A DNA stretch of 64,000 nucleotides from Octopus bimaculoides (taxonomy: Eukaryota), in assembly GCF_001194135.2 (NCBI RefSeq), contig NC_068994.1, positions 41,106,814 through 41,170,813 on the forward strand, read 5' to 3'. The position numbers were made by a program, and so were the translations under genes. Under the pieces are notes generated by a model. It was given only the letters and a program-made list of their open reading frames with translations, was not told the origin of the DNA and did no database searches. Below are positions 13,604-27,378 of the stretch, piece after piece. Numbering within the stretch: position 1 is the first letter of the stretch; each line of letters opens with the position of its first letter.

Positions 13604-14386
13604 TGCATAAATGTACGTACATTGAAAAATTCATATTGACTGGTATATATGCCTAATGGTATACATACACACATACACATATAATATGAATGTGCTGTGC
13701 GTTTATAATAATATAGATGTAATTGTGTACATATATGTATATCTACATATGTATATGCATACAACACACACACAAACACTTATGTATGTGTAGTATATCT
13801 ATGTCTGAATATATACGTGTGCATGTGTATGTATGTTTGTATGTGTGTTATGTGCACGAAAATATGTATATAACATTGCGTTCCTCGAAGGCAAAATTTC
13901 CAAAGCAAATGCCCTAACATTCAGAATCTAAACACTTTCTCAATTCAGGAAATATGGTTGCTTCAATTCTGATTCAATAGGTAAATTATGTAATTAAAGA
14001 CATTCGTGCATTGCCATGGGGGCTAACAGTGAAGAATGATGGATACAAAATAAATGTTTAATACTGTGATGTATAAAATAGCTAGAAATATAAATTCACA
14101 GCAGGGTATGAAACATAGTCATACAGCAAATATTATTTATTTTTCAAAAATATACTTTCATGTGATAGTTTTTTTTATTTATAATATAGTATTTACCTTG
14201 GAGAAATTACATTAAGTAAACCCTGTTTCCTTATTGAAGAATAATAAAGGGGTATAAGAATTGGATGTGAGGATGATAAAATTGATAAATTACAAAAAAA
14301 AATTGTAGGAAAATATTAACATGTGTATAAATTGGTATGTGTGTGCAAGTGTTTGTACATCAACATGTTCATGCATACATACACAC

Positions 14387-14431
<45 letters not shown>

Positions 14432-14664
14432 TCACACAAACATATATGTGTGTATGTATGTGTTTGTATGTATGTGTATGCATATATATATATATATGTA
14501 AATGTATATTTCTCTGTGTTTGTGTATTTATACATACATTATGTATATATAGGGAGAATTCCTCATTAGACATGTACCGGATGCAGGACTGTAAAATTTT
14601 TTCCATACTCATATATAGATTTTTTATAACCCATCAAGCTGAGCAAAATCACATTCATGGTAGA

Positions 14665-14910
14665 TACTGGTGTCATGCAAATTGGCACCCATGCCAGTGG
14701 CACGTAAATGCACCTCAGTGTCATGCAAATGGCTCCCATGCTGGTGGCATGTAAAAGCACCCATCACACTCTCGGAATGGTTGGTGTTAGAAAGGGCATC
14801 CAGCCATAGAAAGCCATGCCAAATCAGACTGATGTCTTGTGCAGCTTTCCAGCATGTCAGTCCGGTCAAATTGTCCACCCCAGTTTGACAACAGACGTTA
14901 AATGATGATA
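14665..14910 (+). mobile_element. RTE LINE 3' UTR
   Basis: GGTGGCATGTAAAAGCACCCATCACACTCTCGGAATGGTTGGTGTTAGAAAGGGCATCCAGCC...GACGTTAAATGATGAT is homologous to the reverse complement of 25151-25486. Confidence 0.9.
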
Positions 14911-15454
14911 AATTTTGATTGGAATAGAGAAGCATCTAAACTCATCAACATCATTTCTAGTCAGTTACAATTTCGTCTTCAATGTGATGTGGTGTTGACA
15001 TGTGTTGCTGTCCCTCTTAAGTGTGCAGATATGTACATCATCAATTAGGTACGTATCTGTCTATTCATTTTAGAATTGTACTGTATTATGAGTATTGAGT
15101 CCATCATCATGAATCTATTTATGTGGAAAATTCTGCCTGCAAATATTAAATGAGTTATCTCTTAAAAGCTTTCTATCTGGTTTTGTCATCATCATCATCA
15201 TCATTATTTTAACTTCGACTTTTCCATGTATGTATTTGTCAGGTGAAATTCAGTGAGGTAGATTTTCTACAGTTTTATACCCTTCTTATTGCTAGACTCA
15301 CCTGCTTCCAAGCGTGGTAATTCCTCCACATAAGCCAGATGCAGAAGATTGGAAATGGCTGACACTAATGGTAATTCTTGCATAATTGCAACTCTTGTTT
15401 ACAAATATTACATGATGTCAAGACAAGGAGACACAAATAATCTACCCCTTATAT

Positions 15455-15615
15455 GCATACATACAACAGGCTTCTTTCAGTTTCCACCTATCAAATCTAC
15501 TCACATGACTTTGGTCAGTCTGGTGCTATAGTAGAAAGCTTTTACTCAGGTGCTCCAGAGTAAAACTGAACCGAAAACTATGTAATTGTAAAACAAACTC
15601 TGTACCTATACACCT
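15455..15615 (-). mobile_element. SINE family A, 5' part, old
   Basis: ACAACAGGCTTCTTTCAGTTTCC...GCTATAGTAGAAAG...ACTGAACCGAAAAC. Confidence 0.7.
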
Positions 15616-16963
15616 ATCCTTGTTTAGTATTATGTGGTGAGATGCATTGCAGTTGGAAGAGCAGAGATAGGACAGTGTTATGCTTGTATGGCTTGTTATA
15701 CAAGCAATACAAGAATAATACTTTCCCAATCAATGATTTACATATCGGTTAGTCGTTAATCACTTGTTCAAGGGTTACATGCCTATTGTCTACTGTTAAC
15801 AAGAGGGTTTTAGTTTGTTTTGTTTTTTTTATAGTATATCATTAGTATTACTTTGATGTAATGCATTTTATGTTCTATTTTATAAGATATTTGATAATAT
15901 ATTCAATTATTCTTTTGTCAGAACTCGTTGAATTGATACAATATGCTTTAAGAGTAGTTTGTGCATTTTCATTTGGTTTGGTGGTGCTTAATGAATTTGC
16001 TATATTGTATTGTCCTTTGGCTTAATCTATTAATTTGTGAGATTAGCCTTTATTAACATATTTCCTTAATTCAGAGGATCTTTTTTATCTTGTGCTCTGT
16101 GGAAAAGAAAAGTTACAAGCTCTTCTTAGAAGGAATATTATGACAGACATTTTCTTCGTGTGTTGAAAATTTGTTAACTCCTTCTAAGTATATGCTTTTA
16201 TTAGAGACTTTTAGGTGTAAACACAGCAACAGACATCTCTTCAATGATGACACAACTTTTACAGTGGAAGTTATAATACCTGTAGTAATGTCTGGTATTA
16301 TAAGAGCCAAACACCAATAAATTCCATCTACAATAAAACATCATGTCAACATCACTTTATTCTGAACTCAAGAATACAAAGATCTAAAAATGTGATGATA
16401 GACCCTGGAACTTTACTGATCCCAATAAACTTTTAAGGAGACATGAAACCATCTAATAAAAGATAAACAATAATATTCATGTTTACAAAACACACACACA
16501 CCTGTTATACAGGGTGACCCACATACAATGGCTGATTAAAGTTGGTCATATATTTAGCATTACAAATCATGAATGTATTCCCATGAAACTTTCACGTAAT
16601 ATTCACACCATGCGTTTTACTTTATTTTTATAGTTTAATTTTTATGGTTTTTATAATTTTGCAATTCTCTAAAAGTTGACAATTTAAATTGAGATGGTAA
16701 TATCAGCATCAATCAGATTGGTCCTGTATACCTGTGTATTATTAAGAGGCAGCAACACATGTGAATATCACTTCGTCCACAACTTATGAAACTATAACTG
16801 ACTAGAAATGCTGATGAATATGGAAGCTTTGCTAGTTCAAACAAACTAGTAGAGGAAAACAAACAAGTAGAGGAAAAAAATCTTAATAAAAGTGATATAT
16901 ATACATATATATATATATAAAGAGATAGAGAGAGAGAGAGAGGGGAAGAGAGATACATACATA

Positions 16964-16994
<31 letters not shown>

Positions 16995-17284
16995 ATATAT
17001 AAATAAATTAAACACTAATGGCATTTCAAATTTATGGTAGCTATTTTGGTAGAATTTTCTTTATTTAATGCAGACATAAAAGATTACATCATGACATTCA
17101 CCATCATCAGGTTAAATCTTAAACATGTAAGATTTTAAACATTGGCCTGGATGTAGTCATCATTAGCCATTTCTGTCATCTTACGAGTTGATGCACCTTA
17201 ATTCTTGTGAATACATATAAAAAATTATATATGCACACATGTATATATATATATATATATACATATATACACACACATACATAT

Positions 17285-17338
<54 letters not shown>

Positions 17339-17414
17339 TGTGTGTGCATTATATATTTATATACATATAGCTTTAACAATATTATACTGTTATATTATAG
17401 TGAATTAGACTGAT

Positions 17415-17620
17415 AGGGTTGCTAGAACATTGGACACAATATCTTGTGGTTTTTCTTTCTGAATCCCTATCTTCTGAGTTCAAGTCCTGCTAAAGTTGGC
17501 TTTTCCCCTCATTCTTTTTGAGTCCTTAAAATAAAGTACCAGTTTAGTATCGATGTTAATTTCACCAACCAACCAATATTAATGCTCCTCATTAATATTT
17601 CAGGCCTTGTGTTTATATCA
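17415..17620 (+). mobile_element. SINE family C, strongly diverged
   Basis: TTCTGAGTTCAAGTCCTGCTAAAGTTGGCTTTT...AAATAAAGTACCAGTT, as in the copies at 431 and 32428. Confidence 0.6.
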
Positions 17621-17640
17621 GAAACAATAATGAAATAATA

Positions 17641-17780
17641 TTTATCGCCACCTCAACATGGCTGTTCCATAAGAACCAATGTTACTATCATTTTAACCCC
17701 AGGAGGACGCCTGCCCAGCTGGTGATAAAATGGTACTAAATTTGGTTCATAAAAAAGAGCCATGTTGAAGTGATGGTAAA
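17641..17780. mobile_element. Old fold-back (MITE-like) element with 62-bp imperfect inverted arms
   Basis: 17641-17702 aligns ungapped to the reverse complement of 17719-17780 at roughly three-quarters identity, including CAACATGGCT/AGCCATGTTG. Confidence 0.7.
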
Positions 17781-18428
17781 CATTACTTTTCAGTATAGTT
17801 ACTGCTTTCATCTCTTATAGAGACTTTCTAACTAGATAATTTGCTTAATTACAAAATATTAAAAAAATCTTATATAAAGCTTTTCATGGTACGATTGAAC
17901 CAACTTTTTTTTCTTCCAGCTGTAAGGAATACCATGAATTGTTGAACAAGAAATTTTGACCAGAACTTGTGTGATTCAGTCCTGAGCTGATAATCTTGCA
18001 ATGTGGTATACTGCCAGATTAGATACTCACAGTTCTCAGTTGACTGAATAAAATGTCCTAAGTAATATTAAACACTTATGAGTCTGCATCTGCAACCACA
18101 TCTTTCACCTGTGACTCCTTTTCAAGGAGAAACATAAAACCAAATATGTAATGCACTCATTTTAGAGACTTACAGTAAAAGAAGAAGTACTAAATAATTG
18201 CCATTAAAACTCAGATGAGTAAAAAATAACCTCTGTTGGAATACTATGATCATACCTAGGGTTTTAACTTGATAAATACAAGTGAAATTATATGTCAACA
18301 AGTTGCATAGTGGTGTGATTGTTGTCAGAGATATATCTGAATCAGCTGTTTTATCAGGCCCAGTATGTGGGTATGTCTATGTGTTTGTGTATATGTACAT
18401 ACATAGATACTTACACACTCACACACAC

Positions 18429-18485
<57 letters not shown>

Positions 18486-19024
18486 NNNNNNNNNNNNNNN
18501 NNNNNNNNNNNNNNNNNNNNNNNNNNNNNNNNNNNNNNNNNNNNNNNNNNNNNNNNNNNNNNNNNNNNNNNNNNNNNNNNNNNNNNNNNNNNNNNNNNNN
18601 NNNNNNNNNNNNNNNNNNNNNNNNNNNNNNNNNNNNNNNNNNNNNNNNNNNNNNNNNNNNNNNNNNNNNNNNNNNNNNNNNNNNNNNNNNNNNNNNNNNN
18701 NNNNNNNNNNNNNNNNNNNNNNNNNNNNNNNNNNNNNNNNNNNNNNNNNNNNNNNNNNNNNNNNNNNNNNNNNNNNNNNNNNNNNNNNNNNNNNNNNNNN
18801 NNNNNNNNATATATATAAGGATATAGAGATTCATAGGTGAACATAGATAGCAATATAAACTGACAGATGCCTAGATATAGATAGTGTTATAAATATAGAT
18901 GAATAAGTACACAGACAGATCTAACTCAAGATATGTGATGGTAGACAGATATAACTTTTGATATATATTTACTTGCTTAGATATACCCTGATGGATGCTT
19001 AGATCTGAAAAAGTAGAGTTTATA

Positions 19025-19027
19025 TCA

Positions 19028-19064
<37 letters not shown>

Positions 19065-19098
19065 TATTTATATATACATATACTGGAACTTATATATG

Positions 19099-19129
<31 letters not shown>

Positions 19130-19335
19130 ATGTAAGTATATATATATATATGTGCATGTATGTATTATGTATATGTGTACGTATGTGTATACGTTTCTTA
19201 TGCATATGGTTATATGCATTTTGTCCCAGAGCCAGTCAAAGTTTTCTGAATGCCGTTTACTTTTGATATTTGATATTTTAACAAATTTTAAAACAGGTTT
19301 ATACCACATAAATTTCTTAGTATGTTTTATATATA

Positions 19336-19371
<36 letters not shown>

Positions 19372-19459
19372 GAGAGAGAGAAAGAGAGAGAGACATATAT
19401 ATCTATACATGTGTGTGTATACATATATACATATATGCATATGTATATATGTATATATA

Positions 19460-19490
<31 letters not shown>

Positions 19491-19524
19491 GTACATATAT
19501 TTACATATATATATATATATATGT

Positions 19525-19563
<39 letters not shown>

Positions 19564-19581
19564 GTACATATATATATATAC

Positions 19582-19655
<74 letters not shown>

Positions 19656-19810
19656 TTATATATATATAGGCATACACATATATATGAATATATGTAAGAC
19701 AGATAGATAGATAGATAGATAGATAGATATACACACACAATTATATATATATATATATATATATTTGTATGTAAAACTATATACATATAATCATATACTT
19801 GTGTGTGTAT
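19025..19810. repeat. Long compound (TA)n/(TG)n/(TACA)n/(GATA)n microsatellite region
   Basis: Directly visible; representative of dozens of similar tracts in the window. Confidence 0.95.
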
Positions 19811-21133
19811 ATGTGTGTGTGTAAGTATGCATTAGCTACTAGAAGAACACATGTAAGAAATAATGTGTATATGTCTATATTATTAATACATCTGAGAGTA
19901 TCATTATAGCTGAAATTAAGTATATAAGTATTCCTTGAGATTGTGGGGTAAGTAATTGTACCGGGAGTATTAGCAACATGTTAGCAAAATGATTACAACA
20001 TAAATAGGAAAATTGACTGAAATGAATAAATATAACTTTTATCATCATAACAACATCTATAACAATAATAATAATAATGATCATTGGAATGACCAAAACA
20101 ATAATAGAAACTATATGCAAAAATATGTAACCTTAAAGAATCAGTTTCAAACAGTATGTGAGAAATATATATGTACATATGTGTGTTTGTGTTTTTTGTG
20201 TGTATACACATTAGAAAGGAAAAGTTAGATTGACAGATACAGAAAGGGATGAGTGATGAGAAGAAGAGAGCAACAGAAAGAGTGAAGGGAAAGAAAGAGA
20301 TAACATGTATATGTCTAAGTGTGTTTATATGATAGAATTAGTGAAATATTAGAGAAAAAGAGAGAGATAGAGAGAGAGGAGAGAGAGAATATATGTGAGA
20401 AGAAGAGAGAAATGGTAATGTATTATGAAGGAAAGAGAAAGTGAAATGAAAAGAGATAGGAAAACTAAATGTAGGAGAGAGAGAGAAAGAGAAAGAAATA
20501 GATGGAGTGAGATTGAGAGAGCCAAGAAAAAATACATATAAAACTTTTACTTATATAGCCCAAGGAAGTCTTTACATATGTGTATATATATATGTGTGTG
20601 TGTGTGTGTGTATTTATGTGTGTGTGTGTGTGTGTATGTGTATGTATGCATATATACACATGTGCAAGTTTGTGTTTGTATGTATGTATGTATATGAGAA
20701 AGGAAAATATTGATATTTTAATAACAAACTTACTTTCTCTAAAACTTACAGCCAAAATTTCTGCCGCCGCTTCATTCCTGAATTCTTGCAATGAATTTCA
20801 TCTTTTCATAACATGTAATATAATGAAAATAACATTGGTATTATGTGTGTTTTTTTTTTTTCTTCAAAAAACCACTCAACTTGTGCCTTTGTTATTCCCT
20901 TCTGCCTACACTGATATTAAATGTTGTATCCAATTGAAAAGTTATAGGAGAAATAGCAGCTGCTGCTGCTGCTGCTGTTGTTGTTATTGCTGCTGCTACC
21001 GCTGTTGCTGCTGCTTGCTATAGCTGTCGTTGCTTATTGATATGGATGGTGGTATTGGTGATGCTGCTGTTGTTTCATATGGCGATAGTTATACTGTTTT
21101 TCTTATGCTTAAATATATGTATATATATTTATA

Positions 21134-21173
<40 letters not shown>

Positions 21174-22003
21174 TATATATTTATATTATTTTAATCCTGC
21201 TGTTGCTGCTGATATATCTGTTGTTATCAATGCTGTTACTATTAGTTTACTGTCGTTATGGTTAGATTACGAATGTTGTTGTGCCTATTGTTTTTACCCT
21301 TGTATAACTCCAGATCAGCTTTAATTAATCATTCAAACTTATAATCAAATTGCATGCAATCCAACCATGACTATTCCATATTGTGTTCAGACACAGTGTT
21401 ATCCAAATTACACTGATCCATGTGCCCATCGCACTTACTTTGAAAGTGGTGGTGTGCAATCCAGGGTGGGTAAAGAAAAGGTTTAGCTGCTATCTCTAGC
21501 AAACTGAAAACTTGTGTACAGACTCCCTCTTTGACATGCTGTTGTAAATGTTGTTGTTGTTGGTGTTATTAATTTTGTCATTGTTATTGTTAATATAAGT
21601 TGTAGCTAACATTCTTGATGGAGGCGATTGTGGTATGGCAGCTGATATTTGTGTTTTAACTGTTGTTGTTGTTGCAGTTACTCTCCCCATCCATCATCCT
21701 CGTAGCACTTCCCACTTGAACAGTTGACAAACTAATATTCTGAAAACACACAAAAAAAAAAATAGAGAAGAAAATAACAACATCAACAACAATAATAACA
21801 ACAACAAAAACACCAATAAAATCAAGAATGGAAATATGGAAAAAATAATAAGTAAAAGATAAACAGAGCCAGGTAAAAATGTGACTATGTAAACTAAAAG
21901 TCCCAGAAAGATTTAAATGTATGTGTACATGCGTGTGCTTAAGTGACTCTACTCATTTAGAATCTGCTCACATGGGGTTGTATACAACTGTATGTATCTC
22001 AAA

Positions 22004-22035
<32 letters not shown>

Positions 22036-22445
22036 NNNNNNNNNNNNNNNNNNNNNNNNNNNNNNNNNNNNNNNNNNNNNNNNNNNNNNNNNNNNNNNNN
22101 NNNNNNNNNNNNNNNNNNNNNNNNNNNNNNNNNNNNNNNNNNNNNNNNNNNNNNNNNNNNNNNNNNNNNNNNNNNNNNNNNNNNNNNNNNNNNNNNNNNN
22201 NNNNNNNNNNNNNNNNNNNNNNNNNNNNNNNNNNNNNNNNNNNNNNNNNNNNNNNNNNNNNNNNNNNNNNNNNNNNNNNNNNNNNNNNNNNNNNNNNNNN
22301 NNNNNNNNNNNNNNNNNNNNNNNNNNNNNNNNNNNNNNNNNNNNNNNNNNNNNNNNNNNNNNNNNNNNNNNNNNNNNNNNNNNNNNNNNNNNNNNNNNNN
22401 NNNNNNNNNNNNNNNNNNNNNNNNNNNNNNNNNNNNNNNNNNNTA

Positions 22446-22602
22446 GGTGCTGGAGTAGTTGTATGGTAAGAAGCTTGCTTTCCAACCACATGGTTCTGGG
22501 TTCAGTCCTACTTTATGGCACCTTGGGCAAGTGTCTTCTACTATAGTCTCAAGTTGACCAAAGCCTTCTGAGTGGATTTGGTAGACGGGAACTGAAACAT
22601 GT

Positions 22603-22605
<3 letters not shown>
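22446..22605 (+). mobile_element. SINE family A, 5' part
   Basis: GTATGGTAAGAAGCTTGCTTTCCAACCACATGGTTCTGGGTTCAGTCC...GGCACCTTGGGCAAGTGTCTTCTACTATAG; tRNA-like A and B boxes plus CORE-like segment. Confidence 0.9.
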
Positions 22606-22644
<39 letters not shown>

Positions 22645-25150
22645 ATATGCGTGTGTGTGTGCATACATACCTATATGTATGCATTGTAATAAAGATAGAT
22701 AGATACATAGAGAGAGAGAGAGATCATATGTACATTTCATATAAATTGAAGGGGAATCTATGTAGATAGACAGTCATGTCTGTTTGAATGGAATGTATAC
22801 AAATGTGTTTGAGAATTTTTAATGATACAGATTCTCACTGGTCACATTTTAAAAATATTTCTTTCCTTCTTGTCAATAGAATTAGGAATACTGCTTTCCA
22901 ATACAAAAATCAAAGAAAATGCAAGCCTTGACTGCATTTAAAAAAAAAAAAATTTATATGTGTTCATAGTTACTTTTTATTTATTTATTTTGCTATTATA
23001 TTTATTTATTTGGAAATGCTAAAGTCTAAGGAATCATTTTCCATTAGTAATTGACAAATTTTAAAGATAGAAAACTAACTTTCATGGAGAAGTTTATAGA
23101 TATAAAATTATTGGAACTCAGGTATACTAAATGGAATCTATGTTCAGTGATTCTGTATTTCTCAATATTTTTGGAAAAGTATGTTTACTTTCTTTGGAGT
23201 AGACCAGCAATGGAATGAAAGCAAATTATTGATTTTTTATCTTTTACTATCAGAAATATCCATTTTCCAAGTTTATTTATCCTTCCTACTTCAATGTATT
23301 GAATATCATTTGATTGCATTTTATATACAACAAATAAATAAACAAATAAAAATAAAAATAAAATAAAATGGGTCAATGCACAACTTCTTTTCCTTCCTCC
23401 CAAAAATCAACAAAATAAAGTAAAAAAAATAACAACTAAAGATTAAAAAAAAAGAAGCAAAGTTTAAGAAAAATATATACTAAAATCTCTAAAAGGTGTT
23501 GCAAGCCAAACGAGGTTGTTTTTTTTTCTTTGATTTTGCTTGTTTTGCTTTTTTCCTTCTCTTTTCTTTTTTAAGACTTTTCAAGTCAGCAAATAACAAA
23601 TATTTTTTCTTGTGTTGTTTATAGATGAAGCGAAAAACATTGCCAGCATTTCCCATTCAAACAGTTATCTCCATTGAAGATAACTGTACTTGTCTTTTGT
23701 CTTCTGTATCTGGTCACTGACATCTGAATCTGCAGCTTCTTAGTTTTAAAACTCTCTTTACCGAATTCCAGTTCGTTTGCTTTCTTTAGCCAATACACAT
23801 TTTATAACATATACATTTGAAAGAAATGAGATACAAAAAAAAAAAAGATTACTATCTCTTTCTGTTTTTTTGTTTTTTTTACATTTTTTTATCTTCTTAT
23901 TCTTTCGTTTTAAGAACAGATGCTAAGCAGTGAGTTTTTATTTAATAGAAAGTAATTCAAGAAGGATTTTAACTAATTTAATCTGCTAGGGATTAGTGTT
24001 TCTAGTGATTGTGTTGTATAAAAATGGCATTAATTATATTAAAAGGCACATGTGATGATTGAAGAATTCATTTGAGGTTTTCTTTTTGGAATTCTAATAA
24101 AGTGAAATGACATGCTTGTGTGCAAAAATGAGTAACAAAAAAAAAAAAAGCCACAAAAAAAACTCCCCCAAAAGCTCCACTGCACAATATGATGCATGGC
24201 TGTTCTTTTTCCAAAGTACTTCGATAATCTCTGCAGAGAAATCTTTCACTAAAATGCAGTTAGAGAATTTTTTTTTACTCCTTCTTTTATTTAGATATTT
24301 TATTTTTTTCCAATGAAGTATTTGAGGTGGGGTGTGTGGCAGGCTTAAACCAGAAAAAGATTTCAAAGATGAATTAGTGTTAAACCTGTATGAGACATTT
24401 TAAATTATGGAAATGAAGAAAAATTGCAATTAGACTGAAAATCTTCTGCCATCATTAACAAAACGTTGCAACTTAGATTTATTATCGTGAGTTCTGGGTT
24501 CTATTTTGTGATTGGATCATTTTTCAGGATTCACAATTTGGACAAAAGCATTATTGCAATATCGTTCCTCTAGAATTTAAAAAATCTTCAAGAAGAAGGA
24601 AAAAGAAAATGATAATCTTTTTGATGTTTGAAGATTTTGGAAATAGATATTCATATGCAAAATTCTCCAAACTCATTTGAAGTCAAAATTACCAAAGATA
24701 AATTTGCGAAATATTCTGGCCTGATAAGTCATGTTAAAACAGTTTAATGAGTTAGCTGTAAATAATTTCTTTTAGAATTTAGAATAACATTCATTTTTAG
24801 CAATATGGGCTGTAAACATATGGCATTCGATTTGCTTCCATGATTGTTTCTGGAAATGACTTCATAGTTATCACCATATCTTGGGAGTAGCAACTTATTG
24901 GTCCAGTGAATTCCAAACTTTCTACCTCTGACCTTGTTTTACTGTATTTTGTTTTGTTTTGCTTCTTATTTCTTTAATTGTTTATTATCATATTCACAGG
25001 CTCTCTTTTTCTCTTTCTGTCTCTGTTACTCTTTACATCATTGTAGCAACTTTTCATTTACTCTCTCTTCCTCTCTTCTTCCCTCTCTCTATGTATATAT
25101 ATGTATGCATGAATGTGTGTGTGTATGTATGGATGGATGGAGGTATGCAT

Positions 25151-25486
25151 ATCATCATCATCATCGTTTAACGTCCGCTTTCCATGCTAGCATGGGTTGG
25201 ACGATTTGACTGAGGACTGGTGAAACCGGATGGCAACACCAGGCTCCAATCTAATTTGGCAGAGTTTCTACAGCTGGATGCCCTTCCTAACGCCAACCAC
25301 TCAGAGAGTGTAGTGGGTGCTTTTACGTGTCACCCGCACGAAAACGGCCACGCTCGAAATGGTGTCTTTTATGTGCCACCCGCACAAGCCAGTCCAGGGG
25401 CACTGGCAACGATCTTACTTGGCTTGCCGGGTCTTCTCACGCACAGCACATTTCCAAAGGTCTCGGTCAGTAGTCATCGCCTCAGT
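25151..25486 (-). mobile_element. Young 5'-truncated RTE LINE (ORF end plus full 3' UTR)
   Basis: Minus strand encodes EAMTTDRDLWKCAVREKTRQAK*, followed by the 3' UTR and an (ATG)n tail; many CpGs retained. Confidence 0.92.
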
Positions 25487-26645
25487 AAATATATATATAC
25501 ATACACAGATACACAAATACATAGAGAGAGAGAGAGCCAAAATGAGATGAATATGTGTGTGTTTGTACATGTATTTGCATGTGTGTGCGTGTGCATCTTT
25601 CTTCTTACTCTGTGTTTCTTGCCTGTTCACACTCTCCCTTCTCCTCTCACTGTTTCTTCAGTATCGTAAGGAAAAAAAAAAAAAAAGAAACAATAAAAAC
25701 AAAACAAAAAAAAATATAAAAGAAAGAGGCAAAGAAAGAAACATTCAGGTGAAAAGTAAAGGAATTGAGGAATTTTTATTTTGTTTTCTTATCTCAATCT
25801 TAAGAGGTGGTGGCATATATAGACTCGATGTTTGCATATTCATACAGATAACTTTCTTTATCCCTTCAGCTCCAGGCTGAATTTTGCGGACAAGTCATTG
25901 CTTTCCATCTTTTGATCTGAATGGTTACATTCAGTTAAGAAGTGTTTACTTATGCCGATCTCTCAGCAGGGAATTATTGCATGCTGCGAAGTCAGAGTGT
26001 TGGAGCTAGCATTCACTAATAAATGCATTATTAAGAACATCTTTGTGTACAAGAAAACTTAATGCATTAACAGAGAAAGGTGTAGGAACTTACACCATTG
26101 GCATGAAGCTTCTTGACTTGTAGCAGTTTTACCAGTTTCTAGAGATATTACCTCGAGGCTAATGTTTGATTAAATATCTTTTGGATATTAACTATAGCTC
26201 TACTGCTGCTGCTGCTGTGGATGATGGTGGTGGTGGTGGTGACGCCTTTTTTTTTTTATCTTCCAAAGCGTGAAATAGCGTTATTTCTACTGCTATTTCA
26301 GCACCTTGTTAGATTAGACGTGGAAAGCGGACAAATAAAAGAGGAAAGAAATGAATGAATAAGTAATGAAATGAGTCAGTAAATAAATGTTTGATTATGA
26401 TTGAGGAGAAACTTCTTATTATAAAGAATTGCATTTACTTGCCTTGCTTCATTTGTTTGTGTTCCAGATTTTTACTGACATTTCAGCAAATTTTAGCTCT
26501 AATCAAATATTGAAAGCAATTCTTAATTTTGATCTTAATTTTGTCTAAGAACTGAGAACTTTAGTAGATTAATTCAGTAAGGTGCTTGATTGTCTAACTG
26601 CTGAAATGTTGATTATATATGTGAGCATGCACATGCATGCATGTA

Positions 26646-26697
<52 letters not shown>

Positions 26698-27011
26698 TGA
26701 GACCTGTTGCTTACCTTTGCAGGATCTTTTGCAAAAACAGTCAATCCTCAATGACTTTAATATTTATTCCAGCCCCTAGTATTCTGAGTTCAAATTTCTA
26801 TCAAGATCAGCTTACCCTGTCATTAATCCTGGGTTTGATAAATTAAGTACATGTCTAAGGTAGTGAGTGGATTGGTACAATTACTAGAACAGTGGACAAA
26901 GTGCTTTGCAGTATATGTTTCAAATATTTACATTCTAAGTTCAAATCTTATTGTGACTTACATGGATGTAGACTTAATCTATCACTTGATTAAAGAATAA
27001 CCACAACTTAC

Positions 27012-27150
27012 GTCCTTGAGTGTCATTCACAGGGTCCCCATGGTTGTCAACATTTAAATGGAGATATTTTCTTTCATCTCTGCCACTATTCTTTCTGGCC
27101 CTCTCATAGATCTTGGACACTGCCTTCAAACTGAACTGAGTGATCAACAT
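27012..27150 (-). CDS. Candidate coding exon, unknown product (MLITQFSLKAVSKIYERARKNSGRDERKYLHLNVDNHGDPVNDTQG)
   Basis: Non-repetitive open frame, more GC-rich than its flanks, ending at a consensus donor C|GTAAGT in phase 1. No convincing acceptor and no recognised homologue. Confidence 0.25.
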
Positions 27151-27156
27151 AATGTC

Positions 27157-27160
<4 letters not shown>

Positions 27161-27193
<33 letters not shown>
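27161..27193. repeat. (CTG)11 trinucleotide repeat
   Basis: Counted directly. Confidence 0.97.
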
Positions 27194-27196
<3 letters not shown>

Positions 27197-27378
27197 CTGT
27201 TTAACTCTGACCATGGTGATCTATGATTCAAGACATTCCACCCATAACCATACCATATCTTTTAAGAGATGCCTAGGAATACATTATCTCATTCATAATA
27301 CACACAGATTATTAGAGTATGACTTGAAGAGATCGCACTGTCATTTCTGGTAGGTTCAACCACCACATAGAAGAGTGC
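27197..27378 (-). mobile_element. Dispersed repeat family D (probable retroposon; the CAG tract is its tail)
   Basis: TGTTTAACTCTGACC...CTATGATTCAAGACATTCCACCCATAACCAT...CATTTCTGGTAGGTT resembles 51598-51800 and 59375-59660, which also abut GTT-type tracts. Confidence 0.6.

Noticed and set aside
16508-16620. TA-CAGGGTG, a Tc1/mariner-like terminus
   Set aside because: No matching downstream inverted end found.
23620-23800. Non-repetitive island with a 59-codon minus-strand frame and a short plus-strand ATG frame
   Set aside because: No coherent acceptor/donor pair and no recognisable motif.
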